Shown: positions 1 to 13,098, counted from the first letter of the stretch. The stretch is DNA of 64,000 nucleotides from Mobula hypostoma (GCF_963921235.1 NC_086097.1:42782001-42846000), one strand, 5' to 3'. Numbers and translations: made by a program. Notes: generated from the letters alone by a model not told the origin.

Positions 1-444
1 TCTCCCTCACTTAAATCCAAATCATGCGCTAGTCTCAACACCATCATAGTGGTGTCGAGGTCCTCATCGATAACGATGGATGAACACACATCAGGTAGAG
101 ATTACTATAGATTGAAATCACACACCACAAAGCTCAAGAGCTCTTATTCCAATGTATAAAACTCTTAAATGGTCCTCTTGTATGTAAATGTAAACACTTG
201 TCCTCACAAGCTACCGCGTTATGGCCCTGCCACCTAATAATAAACATAATAATAATAAATAGCAATTACCAAACAATTCTAAAACAAAGTGAACCTTAGT
301 AACAGAGGCAAAAAATGTTGAAAAAACACTTCTGAATATGAAAAGGCTACCAATGCTTAAAATCTGAAATCAAGCCAATAAATGCTGCAAAAATTTGAAA
401 AGCCTGTAAAGTGAAAAGAAAGGTTCAAGTATTTTAGAGCAAGA

Positions 445-660
445 CAGGTGTAAGGAGTTTGTACATTCTCCCTGTGACCATGTGGGTTTCCTCTGGGTGC
501 TCCAGCTTCCTTACACCATCCAAAGATGTACCACCTGTTACGTTAGTTGGTCATCGTAAATTGTCCCATGATTAGGCTAGAATTAAATTAGGAGATTGCT
601 GGGCAATGTGACTCAAAGGGCCGGAAGTGCCTATTCTGCATTGTATCTCAATAAATGAAT
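445..660 (+). mobile_element. V-SINE/HE1-like SINE, 5'-truncated
   Basis: Central domain GGAGTTTGTACATTCTCCCTGTGACCATGTGGGTTTCCTCTGGGTGCTCC, also seen at 59840-59900; 3' tail CTGCATTGTATCTCAATAAA. Confidence 0.7.
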
Positions 661-1032
661 TAGTTGATTAATTAGTAATTAGATTAATTAACTTCATGCC
701 AAAACAGAAAGACCAGTTTATATGGAGGCCCTCTATGGGTGTGTCTTCTAAAAGTTGACAAAATCTTTTTTACTCTCCCTTAGAGTAAGGAGTCCTGGTG
801 CTGGAGTGGTTTAATTGATATCACAGATACTCAGTCTGAATATCTATCTAGAAAAGGTGTTTGACACATAGGTGTTGGGTAGAGCTCCTGCAGCTCTATC
901 GCAGCAATGTGCCCCTATCTTAACTTTCAATGAATAACAACAGGAATTCTGCAGATGCTGGAAATTCAAGCAACACACATAAAAGTTGCTGGTGAACGCA
1001 GCAGGCCAGGCAGCATCTCTAGGAAGAGGTGC

Positions 1033-1068
1033 AGTCGACGTTTCAGGCCGAGCCCCTTCATCAGGACT
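1033..1068 (-). ncRNA. Minimal type I hammerhead ribozyme motif (mirror copy)
   Basis: Reverse complement reads AGTC-CTGATGA-AGGGGCTCGGCCT-GAAAC-GTC-GACT; core intact. Confidence 0.75.
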
Positions 1069-1096
1069 AACTGAAGGAAGAGTGAGTAACTCAGTT

Positions 1097-1132
1097 AGTC
1101 CTGACGAAGGGTCTCGGCCTGAAACGTCGACT
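1097..1132 (+). ncRNA. Minimal type I hammerhead ribozyme motif (Penelope type)
   Basis: AGTC-CTGACGA-AGGGTCTCGGCCT-GAAAC-GTC-GACT: CUGANGA and GAAA core boxes, short stem II, GUC cleavage triplet (1126-1128), stem I AGTC/GACT, loopless palindromic stem III (ACGT). Confidence 0.75.
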
Positions 1133-2267
1133 GCACCTCTTCCTAGAGATGCTGCCTGGCCTGCTGCGTTCACCAGCAATTTCAATGAATAATCCTACAT
1201 TGCATCAATATGACTTTTATTCCCACCTCCTTTAAAGCTGACTGCTATTTTTGCAATCAGATTGATTTAAACGTTATAGTAAAAATTACATCATTTGTCA
1301 TTAGTATTTTTTTTAATTACATAGCCTCATACTCCCGTTAGATAAGGCAACAAGATGGTTGCTTAGAAACAATTCTAGATAGTAACTGGATATACATCAT
1401 ATCAATTATGTAATTCAATCAGCCATATCTTATTCTAGTCTTATAAAGGTACTCCTGCTATTTAGGTGTTATGATCATAATACCATCGTGTCACCAGCCT
1501 TGAGGAAGCAAGGTCTCTAGATATCTTAAGAATCTGTAACCTGATCACACAACCTCAGGCATAACTCTTATTTCACTCACTTGCCTAAGGCAGCACCAAT
1601 CCTCTGAAAAATCTGTACTTCAAAATATCCAATTTGTAGAAATATTTAGTAAAAAATGAAATAAAACAGTAGAATGAATATTTATTAGCCTGAAGCAAAA
1701 TAATTGCATGAGATTCTTGTCCGAGTGACAAGATTTTCAGAAAAAAAATTCCACTCTCTCCGCCTGTGCCAAGTGAATCAAGGTAGCATCAAGGTTTAAG
1801 CACTCTGCAAAGGTCCAGCTGCGACATTTTATCACTGTTGCTCTCTGTTCCCAAGTTCCTCATTGGAGCAAATATCTGTCACATTTTCCCTTTTGAATTT
1901 TTTTGCCGGATGTTAAGAAACTGAATGTGTGTACATGATCGTTTCCCTTTAAAAAAAAATCCTCCCTTTGAGTTTCCATCATATTACTGATTCAGGTGTC
2001 AATGGTATATAATTGTCCTTTAAAAATTCCCCTTTGTGTTTTTCTCAAATGATTAATTCTACCTTGCAAAACTATTTAAATTTTAATCATCCAAATGTCA
2101 TTCTATCAATTACCAAAAACTTTATTTTTCCCCAAAACTGATAATTTCATACTAAATTAATCATTTTACTTATAATTGCTTCTTTAATTTATCCTCACTT
2201 ATATTCACCATTAATTTTAATAAACTTGTTTTAATATTTTAAACTTACGCTTTACCCATCTTAAAAT

Positions 2268-2808
2268 AAGAGGTACCTAATAAAATGGCCACTGAGTGTA
2301 TGTTCATGATTCTCTACCTCTGTAGCCCATCCACTTCAAGGTTCGATGTGTTGTGTATTCAGAGATGCTCTTCTGCGCACCACTGTTGTAACATGTGGTT
2401 GGTTTTGTTACTGTTGCCTTCCTGTCAGTTTGAACTTGTCTGGCCATTCTCCTCTGACCTTTCTCATTATTAATGAGGCATTTTACCCACAGGACTGCCA
2501 CTCGCTAGATTTTTTTTGCTGTTTATTGCACCATTCTCTGTAAAATCTAGACACGTACATAAAAATCCCAGGAGATCAGAAGTTTCTGAGATACTCAAAC
2601 CACCCCATCTCGCATCAATAATCATTCCACTGTCAGGCACTCCGACCACATTTCTTCCCCATTCTGATGTTTCATCTGAACAACAACTGAACCTTTTGAC
2701 CACGTCTGCATGCTTTCATGCATTGAGTTGCTGCCACATGATTGGCTGACTAGATATTTGCATTAACGAGCTGGTGTATAGATGTACCTAATAAAGTTGC
2801 TACTGTGT
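2268..2808 (-). mobile_element. Tc1/mariner fossil, internally deleted
   Basis: Minus-strand fragments ARWGGLSISETSDLLGF, QKSISEYTTHRTLKWMGY (Tc1 HTH region); repeated end motif GTACCTAATAAA(A/G)T(G/T)GC(C/T)ACTG at about 2274 and 2784. Confidence 0.8.
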
Positions 2809-3499
2809 GGATATTTATTGTCCTCCTTCAGGCAATGCAGAAAATACCTTAAGTATGATAATGATTTAATTTATTAAGGGGATATTTATTTGTACTTCTG
2901 ATTTCTCTGTGCACCCCTTCTCTTCATCTCATATTTGATTTTTCAGAACATGTGTTTCTCTTGTTTCCATCATTTATTTCAGAGATTCTTATAGTTCCTT
3001 TAAATCCATGTCTCCTTTTCCTATGAAAGGTTCACTTTGAAGTTTGTTAAATATAAAACCTATTACCACTATACATCTCTCTCTATAGATTTAATAATGA
3101 ATTCTTCCCCTATAGTCATTTATTAATACCCTTCCATTGAAGGGTTTGAATTAAATTTCCAGCATCATCCACAGTCCTTTCTTTGCAAATATTTACCTTG
3201 CCCTTCTTAAAATCATCTTTTGCAATCATACTATTTCCCAATTTGAGTCCATTATGATGTCTTCTCTCATAGTTCTTTTATTTCTTTTTTGTTGCTTTAA
3301 AAATGGTTACATTCACAACTCTTCAATTTTTCATTGCCAGATTTACTATTCCTCACGTGGCAACCAAACATTGCACTGAATAAAAAATGTTGTGTGTTTT
3401 TACTTCATTGCTGATATTTCTGACATTCCTTTCACACGTAAACCACTTGTATTACAAATGAATCAAGTTACAATTCTTCCACAATGCCTTTTCTTAAAG

Positions 3500-4270
3500 T
3501 AGGAGGTATGATTAGTAAATTTACACATGACGTGAAAATTGGTGGTGATGTGAATAGCAAGGTAAGTTGTCCAAGTCTAAAGCAGGATGTTTGCAGGGAT
3601 AACTTAATCTTGACAATTGCAAGGTGATGCATTTTTTATGCAGTTTTTACAGGAGTAAGACATAAGAAAGTGAGAGTGCCTAGAAATATTAAAGGACATG
3701 AGGTTCAAATCTATAGTTGCTTGAAAGAGGCAGCACAGTGGATAGAGTAGTGAAAAAGGGCCATTGTGTGCTTGCTTTCATAGTCAGGGTTTGAAGATTA
3801 ACAGCTAGGATGTTATGATGCAACTTTTCAAAACACTGGTTAGGTCATATTGCAGTATGGTGTGCAGTTCCAGTTGCCACACGATAGGAAGAACGTGATT
3901 ACGCTGGGGAGAGTGCAGAGAGGGCTCACCAGGATGTGGCCTGCATTGCAGGGCCTCAGTTACAGAGAGACATTGGAGAAGCTGGGGGGAAGGACCTGAT
4001 AGAAGGATACAAGATTATGAGAGAGACAGATTGGATTGGTAGTGAAAGTCTTTTTTTTTCTTGTGAAAGGGGAATCAAAAACAGCACGGTATAAGTTTAA
4101 AGCAAGAAGAAAGGAGTTTTAAAGGGGAATTTAAGAGTGAGAATTTTCCAGGGATGGAGGAGGTGGTGGAACCTGATGCCATTACTACGTATACCAATGG
4201 GATTAGTGGATGTTCAGAAAGGTTTGCATGGATGCAGTGGGCTTGTTTCTGTGCTGCACAACTCTATGGA
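3500..4270 (+). mobile_element. CR1 LINE, 3' ORF2 and 3'UTR, decayed
   Basis: Degenerate ISKFADDTKIGG, KTLVRxxLxYxVQF and CR1-type 3' end (TGTGCTGCACAACTCTATG). Confidence 0.8.
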
Positions 4271-5420
4271 TTTACCATTTCTGCCAAGAAAAACTATTGG
4301 CCATTTCCAATCATCATATCCTCTTAACACAACTAAGAAACACCAATTTATTTATTTATTGGTATGAAAACATTTATCATTATTTTTTGTGATTTGCATG
4401 TTAATTTACATAATTGAAAATTAACACACATGTAATCATTCTGAAATACTGAAGGTTGCATGTGAATAATTGTGATTGATTGTTTTATTGTATTTCAGAC
4501 AGTTTTGCCTTTACAACAACAATATTGGACTTCAGAGTAATTAGCAAGGTGAATCACTGACACAACTTGGAAAAAGATTCTCTAATAATAAGATTTCTCC
4601 CAGGCTGCTCACACAAAGATCTTCATTACAGTATCCATCTTTCTGTAGTCATTTAAGACATGAAAAGTTTTATTCATATTCAACAGAGATAAGAATATTT
4701 TGCTGGTGTTATTTTTCTAAAACCAGTATTTTGCAGGTATTCGTCAGCTTTAAAAAAGTAATGTGAAACAAGTTACAGCTATATTTTAATACAATTGATG
4801 GAGTTCCATTCGTGCAATGTAAAATGATGCTATTAGTTTGAACCTATTTCTCGGTGTACAGTGTGCTACACAGATAAGAGCTAGCTTGATATTTGAAGTA
4901 AATTGTACATGTCATTCTCAGATGTTTGCAAAGTGAATGCAGTGAAACTATGAAACTGGCACTCATCCTGGGTAAGGATTGAATGCGGTGTCAAAGGAAT
5001 ACGTAGACACATTTCACCTGTGCCTGTGATTGTCAGTAATGCATCAAACAGATTGCTTTCCTTATGCTATTCCTGCTGATTCTATAATGCCTTCAGGAAG
5101 GTAATCATTGTGAGAGAGAGCTTTTACCAACATGGAAATGGAAATGATTGACATTTGGCTGCTCTGAGCAGATCTACAAATTGGGTTCTTCTCGGCTGTT
5201 TTCAGTTAGGTTTATACAGTTGCTCAAGATTTAAGGCAGCATTTGAATCCATGGTGGTAGTCCAATGGTCTGGCTATTCAGTAAGCATTCCTTCAGCATT
5301 GATTTAAAATAGAATCAAACTGGCCTTGATGACATTTAGTGGGTGTATTGTGCTTAACAAGATTTTCATGCATCATGCTAGCAAGCCTGAGGGGCCACAA
5401 CAGGAACGTACATTTGATAA

Positions 5421-6285
5421 ACACAAGTAAATCTGCAGATGCTGGAAATCTAAAGCAACACACGCACAAAATACAGGAGGAACTCAGCAAGTCAGGCAGA
5501 ATTTATGGAAACGAATACACAGTCGACGTTTCGAGCCGAGACTCTATTTCAGGGCTGAGAAGGAAGGGGGAAGATGCCAGAATTAAAGGGCGGGGGAGGG
5601 GAAGGAGACTAGCTGGAAGGTCATAGGTAAAACCAGGTGGGTGGGAAAGTTTATGGGATGGAGAAGAAGGAATCTGATAGGAGAGGAGAGTGGACCATAG
5701 GAGAAAGGGAAGTGGGGGGGGGCAGGGGGAAGTATCAGGCAGGTGAGAAGAGATAAAAGGTCAGCATGTGGAATGGTTGGGGGGTGGGGGGGGGAATTTG
5801 TTTACTGGGAGGAGAAGTCGATATTTATGCCATCCAGACAGAATATAAGGCTACACCAGTCAGAATGTAGGGAATTGTTCCTCCACCCTGAGAGTGGGCA
5901 CATCTTGACACAAGAGGAAGCTGTGGACCAACGTGTTGGAAAGGGAGCTGGAATTAAACTGTTTGGCCAGTGGGAAGTTCCTCTTTTGCAGACGGTGCAG
6001 TGTTCAACGAAGTGGTCCCCCAATTTACGACAGGTCTCACCAAAGTAGAGGAGGCCGCATCAGGAGTACCAGACACAATGGACAATGTCAGAAGATCTGC
6101 AGGCGAAGTGTTGCCTCACCTGTAAGGACTGCCTGAGGCCCTGAATGGAGGTGAGGAGGAGGAGGATGGGGTATGGGCAGGTGTAGCACTCAGGACACTT
6201 GCAGGTTTAAGTGTCGGGAGGAAGATTAATGAAGAGGGATAAATGGACAAGGGAATTGCAGAGGAGCATATCCCTGTGAAAAGCT
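5421..6285 (-). mobile_element. Penelope-like element, GIY-YIG endonuclease remnant plus pseudo-LTR
   Basis: Minus strand: GLLYFGETCRKLGDHFVEH ... DGINIDFS (PLE GIY-YIG C-terminus), then pyrimidine-rich 3' region and a decayed HHR core at 5521-5556. Confidence 0.85.
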
Positions 6286-6777
6286 TGATACTATTGTCAG
6301 CATGTCTGATTGCTAATCCTGCTATCATGAAACATTGAGGAAATCAATGGCATTGTGTCCATTGGTAAAAAGGGCCCTTGACTTTGATGGACATCAGGAA
6401 CGAAATAAGCCTGAGAATAGTTGAAGTGAGTAAAGATTTTCTTATGGAGGGAGTTGTGTCTGCAGATTTATGTAAAAATCTGGCAAATGCTTTGACTCAT
6501 CTGTTAACAGCTATAAAGATTAGAACGTAAGACTAGAACATTTCACGTTCTCACGTAAACAGCATCATAATTATTCTCTGAAAATATGAACACCAAAAAA
6601 ATGCTGAAAAGTCCCATGTAGCAACTGTAATAATGTGACATGGCTCTCCTGAAACTTATTAAACCGATCACCCATTTTTGAACCTCCGAGTTGGTGAGTC
6701 TTACACCTTTGCTCTTCATTTGGTTTGGAACTATTAACAAACGTTATCACTGCATTAACTCTGATTTCCCTTATGTA

Positions 6778-7411
6778 TGTAATGCCCTGGTTCATTTTTT
6801 TTATTGTTATACTGTGCATATTTCATTTTGTGCTATCCAGTGTGAGCTGCTTGTTTTCTGCTTACGTTTGGGTTATCGTTGAAGATAAGAGATGAGGAGT
6901 CTTGTCTGCCATCCAGTTAGGATGGTCAAATTGAAGGGAAGGTTTCTGTGGTGAGGGACACTAAGGTTGGGCTTGGAGTTTTTATTTGTGTGGTTTGAGG
7001 GGGATGGAGAGAGAAGATGCCGGAGAGAAGAGGTCGTAGGATTCGACCCGGAGCAGGACCGTAGTTCGACGAAGCCCAAGGTGAGATCAGTTGAGAATTG
7101 GTGACTTGGGGAAACTGTGAGCTCCAACTTGTGCACATTAGACTGTTTCATTAAACTGGGCCCTTCTCCTTTTTTGTTCTTTTCTTCACTAACCCTTTAG
7201 TCAAATTAAGAATTATAAAGCTAAATCGTTTAATTGCATGTAGTGTACTATCTGTTATTTCGAGGCACTCATTTGTAACAGGGTAATGAATTACACAGCA
7301 TCCACACAAACAGGGGTTTTGGGATGAGCTCACGCCTCAATTTCACATGTTTGGTGGGGCCAGAGGCCGTCTTCCCTAGACTCATGCAGCCGAGGAAACC
7401 AGAGTGTTTCA
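6778..7411 (+). mobile_element. Probable solo LTR
   Basis: Starts TGTAATGCCCTGG and ends CCAGAGTGTTTCA (TG...CA with an imperfect terminal inverted repeat); about 630 bp, non-coding. No clean TSD found. Confidence 0.5.
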
Positions 7412-7800
7412 TCTGTTTCCTTCTGTCATCAGCAATTACACATTAAAATACAAAAAAAACCTGGGAATATTTAACAGCAATGAAATCATATTGTTTATTT
7501 TATTAGGAATAGAATCAGTACACTACATGATACCATACAGCACAGAAGGAGGCCAAGCAGACCGTGGTGTCTGTGTAGCCAATCCATCCAGCACCCTTTC
7601 ACTTTTGGTACTCCTTCTGTCAAATACTTATCCAATCATCTTCTGCACTGGAGTCATAAACTAGGAGTGTTGGTGCATGGATTTGGAAAAAAATACCAAA
7701 TTCCTTGATCTGCTCATTATAAATAATTGCATTACAGGATGTATTTCTTGAATAAACTACAATGTCACTATAAAACCAGAAGGCAACTATTTCACGACCA

Positions 7801-8090
7801 GAATAAGAATCAGGTTTAATATCACTGACCTAGGTTATGAAAATTTATCATTTTGTGGCAGCAATACAGTGAAGTACATAAAAATTACTACAAACGTATA
7901 AATTAAAAAAGAAATGGTTTAAAAATTAAGCATGCAGTGTAAAAAAAACTGAGGTAGTGTTCATGGGATGGTTCATTATCTGTTCAGAAATTTGATGGCT
8001 GAGGGGAAGAAGCTGTTCCTAAAACGTTGAGTGTGTGTCTTCAGGCCCTGTACCTCCTCCTTGCTGGTAGTAATGAGAAGAGGGTATGTT
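7801..8090 (-). mobile_element. L2/Rex1-Babar-like LINE 3' fragment
   Basis: Matches the 3' ends at 32437-33690 and 41080-41395 (GATATTAAACCTGATTCT tail, SGRRYRxLKTHT end of ORF2). Confidence 0.7.
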
Positions 8091-8299
8091 TGAATGAATC
8101 ATGTGGGTCACATTGACTTTAGTTTCAGTGGACCCAAATTCCTTGAATTTTTAAAAACAAACATTCTTTTGTTTACAAGCAACTATTTTAGGGTCCATTG
8201 TGACATTACGATCAATAGGACAGTAGCAATCCAATGCTTGATCCTCTGGCAAGATGGTACAATATTTCCTAATGTATTCACGCTCTGCTGTACTGCAAG

Positions 8300-9085
8300 G
8301 AGGGACAGGAGTGGTTTTTAAAGGGTTGTATGAGCGAAGTAAGGACCATCTTCAGTTCACTTGTGAGAGGAGAAAGGAGTGATTTAAAAAGGACTTGAGC
8401 TGTAGTGAGGAAACCATTTCAAGGGAGGCTGTGCTTCGAGGGTCAAAGTGCTGAGCCCAAGGATCACCAGCAGAGGCTTTGACAGAAAGACTGAAAGTAA
8501 CGGAATAGATTTACTCAAGCTAGGGTCTTCCTTTCATTTTATTTAGCTCAGTATTTGATTCAAGGGTAAAAATGGCAGCTAGTGGAGTGGTATGCTCCTT
8601 CTGTGAACTGTGTTACATCAGGGAGGGGTTAAATGTATTTACATTTGCTGGAAATCTGTCCAGATGCAGCTCCTTTCGGACCAGATGGATTGGTTGGAGC
8701 AGCAGCTGGAATCAAACAGGACACAGAAAGAACCAGAGGTAGTAGTTTCATGGAGGTTCAGCCACGTAGATAGGTGACTGCTAGAACAGGAAGAGTGCAG
8801 GCTGTGCAGGAGTCCTCTGTGTCTACCGCCCTCTCTGACAAGTATACCATTTTGGATAGTATTAGGGTTGGCGGGGTGGGATGACCTCTCAGGAAAGCAG
8901 CAGAAGCCCGATCAGTGCCATGGCAACAGGCCCTGCTGTGCACTTGGGAAGGTTAAAGAGAAGATGAGCAGTAGATTAGCAGTTGCCATGGTAACTGGCC
9001 TTGCTGTGCACCCGGGAAGGTCAAAGAGCAGATAAGCAGCAGTGATAGGGGACTCAATTGCCAGGAGTCAGGGAGGCATTTCTGT
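8300..9085 (+). mobile_element. CR1 LINE 5'UTR/ORF1 remnant (zinc finger, coiled coil, GDSL esterase start)
   Basis: MAASGVVCSFCE..YICWKSVQMQLLSDQMDWLEQQLE, LSDKYTILD, AAVIGDSIAR; internal ~65-bp tandem duplication at about 8915-8975 and 8984-9045. Confidence 0.7.
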
Positions 9086-9989
9086 TTATCTGCCACTCAA
9101 ACTCATTTGTTTTCTTCAGCACTCAGTGAGGCAATACTTAATTTTTTGTTTTCAAATTTATTTGTAGCTTCTCCCTTTCTAACCTCTGTAACTTCCTCCT
9201 GTTCATTTCAGATATCCATACTCAACCCATTCTGGCCTCTTGCACATCTCTGATTAAAATTATTTCACTACTGATAGCGATGCTGACATACTATCTTGCA
9301 GAATTCCATAAATTCTTTATGTCCTTTGAGACACACCTTATTACTGCAATATTGTGACTTGGAGTCAAACCATGTTTGATACTGTATAGCCCTTCTGCAT
9401 TGCTCCATTGAAGATGCTGGCTATTTCTTACAGTCTCAACACACACCACTCCTTGCCACCACACTGAAGTCCCAATGGAGTCTGACAGTACATTTGAGTC
9501 GTAATTACAACACGGTGTAGATCTCATCAAGATGTAATAAAGACCATTGGCCAGCCCTTGTGCATGCAGTGATGATATCAATCTTAAAGCACACTCCCCA
9601 ACTCTCTGCAGTTCTGACAGGGGCAGCATCAGCACGAAGCACGTTAAATCTCAGAACTGAGCTAATAATAACGGACAACTTCTCTGAACGGGTTCAGCTT
9701 TTTTTTTATCATTACTGATATTTACCTGCCATTGGATTAGATTTGCAGTGAGGAGAAAAGCAGTATATTAAGTCTGTATGTCCTCAAACATGCTCCAAGG
9801 CTGCAAAAGCAGGAATGAATTACTGCTACCCACTGAAAGGGTGGAGGGGGATGCTCTAATTGACATACATTTGAAGTTAAGTAAGATATGAAACTGGGAC
9901 ACAGACACAAAGTAGAGACTGTGCTTCCCAGTCACTTCATCTGCAGTCCGTTTTCTGAATCTTTGGTAATACTGTCCAACTTTATTTCT

Positions 9990-10501
9990 AAGTCCCATAT
10001 TCCTTCTTGGTAATCTCCAACCTGACCGCATCTACATTGATTTGTCTAGCTTCCGATAGCTATTCCCCTCCTGTTTTCCCTTATCCCTGTTACCACATCC
10101 CCCCCACCCTCCCAGCCTGCTCGTCACTCTCACCTTCCATCCTCTAGCCCTTCACCTCCTTCCCTTTATGCCACTGTCTTATGTCCTCTCCTATCAAAGT
10201 CCTTCTTCTTCAGCCCTTTGCCTTCCCCATCTATTATCTCCCAGCATCTCATACCATTCCCTTTTCTCCAACCCACCCTCCTGCCTTCCCCCTCTCACCT
10301 GGATTCATCTTTCCCTTGTTTCTGCTCCTCCCCCTATTCCTACCCATTTATGCTGGCTTCTTCCCCCCTCCTTTCCCATCCTGCTGAATGGTCTTGGCCT
10401 GAAATGTCAACTGTTCACCTTCCTCCATGGACATCTGACCTGTTGTGTTCCTTCAGCATTTAATGTGTGCTAATCCAGATTTCCAGCATCTGCAGAATCT
10501 C
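9990..10501 (+). mobile_element. Penelope-like element 3' end, decayed HHR
   Basis: LGNLQPDRIYIDLSSF ORF end, C/T-rich tract, CTGCTGA...GAAATGTC at about 10381-10409, terminal TTTCCAGCATCTGCAGAATCTC. Confidence 0.8.
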
Positions 10502-10697
10502 ATGAACTCCATTGCCCAATTATTTTCCCCACATCCCCATCAACTTTCTGTCCCCCTCCCCGAGTCCACCTCCCACCTACACTAGGTTACAGTGGCCAAT
10601 TACCTACCCACTCCCATGCCTTTGACATGTGGGAGGAATCATAACACAATGTACACTGTACAGCAGTATACTCTTTACCAGAGTTACAGCACACAAG

Positions 10698-10703
<6 letters not shown>

Positions 10704-10733
<30 letters not shown>
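10704..10733. repeat. (CA)15 microsatellite
   Basis: Directly visible. Confidence 0.95.
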
Positions 10734-10737
<4 letters not shown>

Positions 10738-11896
10738 GCATATTGACACAGGTCCCTTCACACACCAGAAGACAGCTGAGAGCCCTGTGTGGTGTACAGA
10801 AAATACCAAAGCACATACTCCACACCAGGGCATATACAGTATGGGCCAGAACACAACAGACACCACGTTGTATTAAATTTAATACTAGGTGTCTAACATA
10901 TGCAGTACAACTCAGCAAGCAAGAAATCTTAGTGACGGTGAAGATATACAGTCATCAGATCAATTATGACACCAAGCCTGTAAATCTTACAAGATGTTCT
11001 TGCCAAATTGATCCTTTCCCTGCAAGCTGACAGTACAAAAATTCCAAATATTGAAATAAATTCTAGCAAAACACCGTGGGCTGCATAAATTATCACATGA
11101 TCCCTGGGCCTTAAGAGTTTAATGGAATAAAATCAAGGTTGCCAATGGCAACCTATCCAATCAAAGTTTTATTGTTTTACTACTTGATACTCCTGATAAT
11201 TCCTCTATTACTGTTTAAATTAATATTTTTTTCGATTATTGATTTAATAGATCATTGTTGCTGACACCTCTGTGCCTCTTGCAGGGAAATGGACCAGTTT
11301 CCAGTGCACACAGGAAACAATAATAACAGACACCTTTATTAGAAGTAATCACTGACACTATCCTGTTCACTTTTTTTCAGATTTATATCCTAGAATTAAT
11401 ACTAATCTCTTTTATGTCAGAAGACTTTTGAAAACAGCAGTATTTCAGGAAGATAGTGAGAGAGAATTTGAAATGCTACCACGCTAACTCAGACTGCAGA
11501 AAGGTCAATAGATTCACTGAGCAAATCTCACTGGGACAAAGCCCTCAGTTTTGAAGAAAGGATCAAACAGTACACAAGCATCGATGATTTGAAATGCGAG
11601 AAACTTCGCTGAGATACCCTTCGATCCAGGGTCTTGCTGATATGAGGCACTAAGCACTGATTGAAAGTTGCAGATCAGCTGCTATAAGGTTCAGCCTTTG
11701 ATCTGATATTGATGTCAGTCTTTGTGCAGAGTCAGGCCTTAACTTATTTAGATATCGTTCAATATTCTGTACAATTACCACATTTTGATTGAGACTTACG
11801 TTAGGCTGGAATTTGAACACTGCATTTAATACGTTATATCTTTTTTTCATTGTGTTCTCTAACTCTCTAACCAATGCTTTACCTCACCTGCAGTTA

Positions 11897-13098
11897 CAGA
11901 GTCACAGAGAAGTACAGCACAGAAACCGGCCCCTCAGCCCACCCAGTCTACGGTGAAAGTATTTAAACTGCCTACTCCTATTGATCTGAACCAGGACCAT
12001 AGTCCTCCGTACCCCTGCTATCCAGGCACCTATCCAAACTTCTCTTAAATGTTGAAATCGAGCTCGTATGCACCACTTACGCTGGCAGCTCATTCCCTCT
12101 GAGTGAAGATGTTTCCCTTCATATTCCCCTTAAACTTTTCACCTTTCATCCATAACCTACGACTTCTGGGTGTAGTCCCACCCAACCTCAGTGGAAAAAC
12201 CCTGCTTGCAGTTACCCTTCTATACCCCTCATAACTTTGTATATCTCTATCGAATCTCCTGGAACTCTTCTGCATTCTAAGGAATAAAACCCTAACCTAT
12301 TCAATCTTTCCTTATAACTCAGTTCCTCCAGACCCAGCAGTATCCTTGTAAATTTTCTCTGTACTCTTTCAACCTTATTTACATCTTTCCTGTAGGTACA
12401 TAACCAAAACTGCACACAGTACTCCAAATTAGGCCTCACCAACATCTTATACAACTTCAACATAACATCCCATCTTCTGTACTCAATACATTGATTTAGG
12501 AAGCCAATGTGCCAAAATCTTTCTTTACGACCGTATCTACCTGTGACACCACTTTCAATGACTTATGGACTTGTATTCCCAGACCCCTTTGTTCTACCAC
12601 ATTCCTCAGTGCCCTATCGTTCACAGTGTGAGATCTACCCTGGTTGGTCCTACTGAAGTGCAACACTTCATATCTGTCTGCATTAAATTCCATCTGCCAT
12701 TTTTCAGCCATTTTTCCAGCTGATGCAGATCCCTCTGCAAGCCATGATAGTCTTCCTCACTGTCAACTACATCTCCCAATCTTGGTGTCATCCACAAATT
12801 TGCTTATCCAGTTAACAGCATTATCATCCAGATCATTGATACAGATGACAAACAACAATGCACCCAGCACAAATCCTTGTAGCACACCGCTAGTCACAGG
12901 CCTCCAGTCAGAGAGGCAGCTATCCACTATCACTCTCTGGCTTCTCCCAAAACGCCAATGTCTAAGCCAATTTACTACCTCATCTTGAATGCTGAGCGAC
13001 TGAATCTTCTTGACCAGACTCCCATACGGGAGCTTGTCAAGTGCCTTTCTAAAGACCATGCAGACAACTCAAATGCCATGCTAAAGTCCATGTAGACA
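11897..13098 (-). mobile_element. CR1 LINE, 5'-truncated (RT C-terminal half and 3'UTR)
   Basis: ORF pieces FRKALDKLPYGSLV...WISKFVDDTKIG, AEKWQMEFNADRYEVLHF, LKLYKMLVRPNLEYCVQFW; (CTCTGTGA)-type tail. Confidence 0.92.

Larger units (their letters stand above)
938..1179. mobile_element. Short Penelope-derived inverted pseudo-LTR cassette with 13-bp TSD
   Basis: Inverted arms 986-1074 and 1091-1179 (89 bp, 2 mismatches, 16-nt spacer). Flanking direct repeat TTTCAATGAATAA at 925-937 and 1180-1192. Same sequence as the terminus of the GIY-YIG-bearing copy at 5421-6285. Confidence 0.85.

Noticed and set aside
844..1192. Two opposite-strand ORFs with near-identical translations (LVNAAGQAASLGRGAVDVSGR)
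   Set aside because: Automatic consequence of the DNA palindrome, not proteins.
4921..4977. Possible exon ending MKLALIL|GTAAG (signal-peptide-like)
   Set aside because: Too short, no partner exon or recognisable homology.
9611..9657. GTTCTGA...TCAGAAC as another hammerhead
   Set aside because: Lacks intact CUGANGA and GAAA boxes; only a 7-bp inverted repeat.
10592..11030. His/Thr- or Cys/Val-rich ORFs
   Set aside because: Translations across a (CA)n microsatellite.
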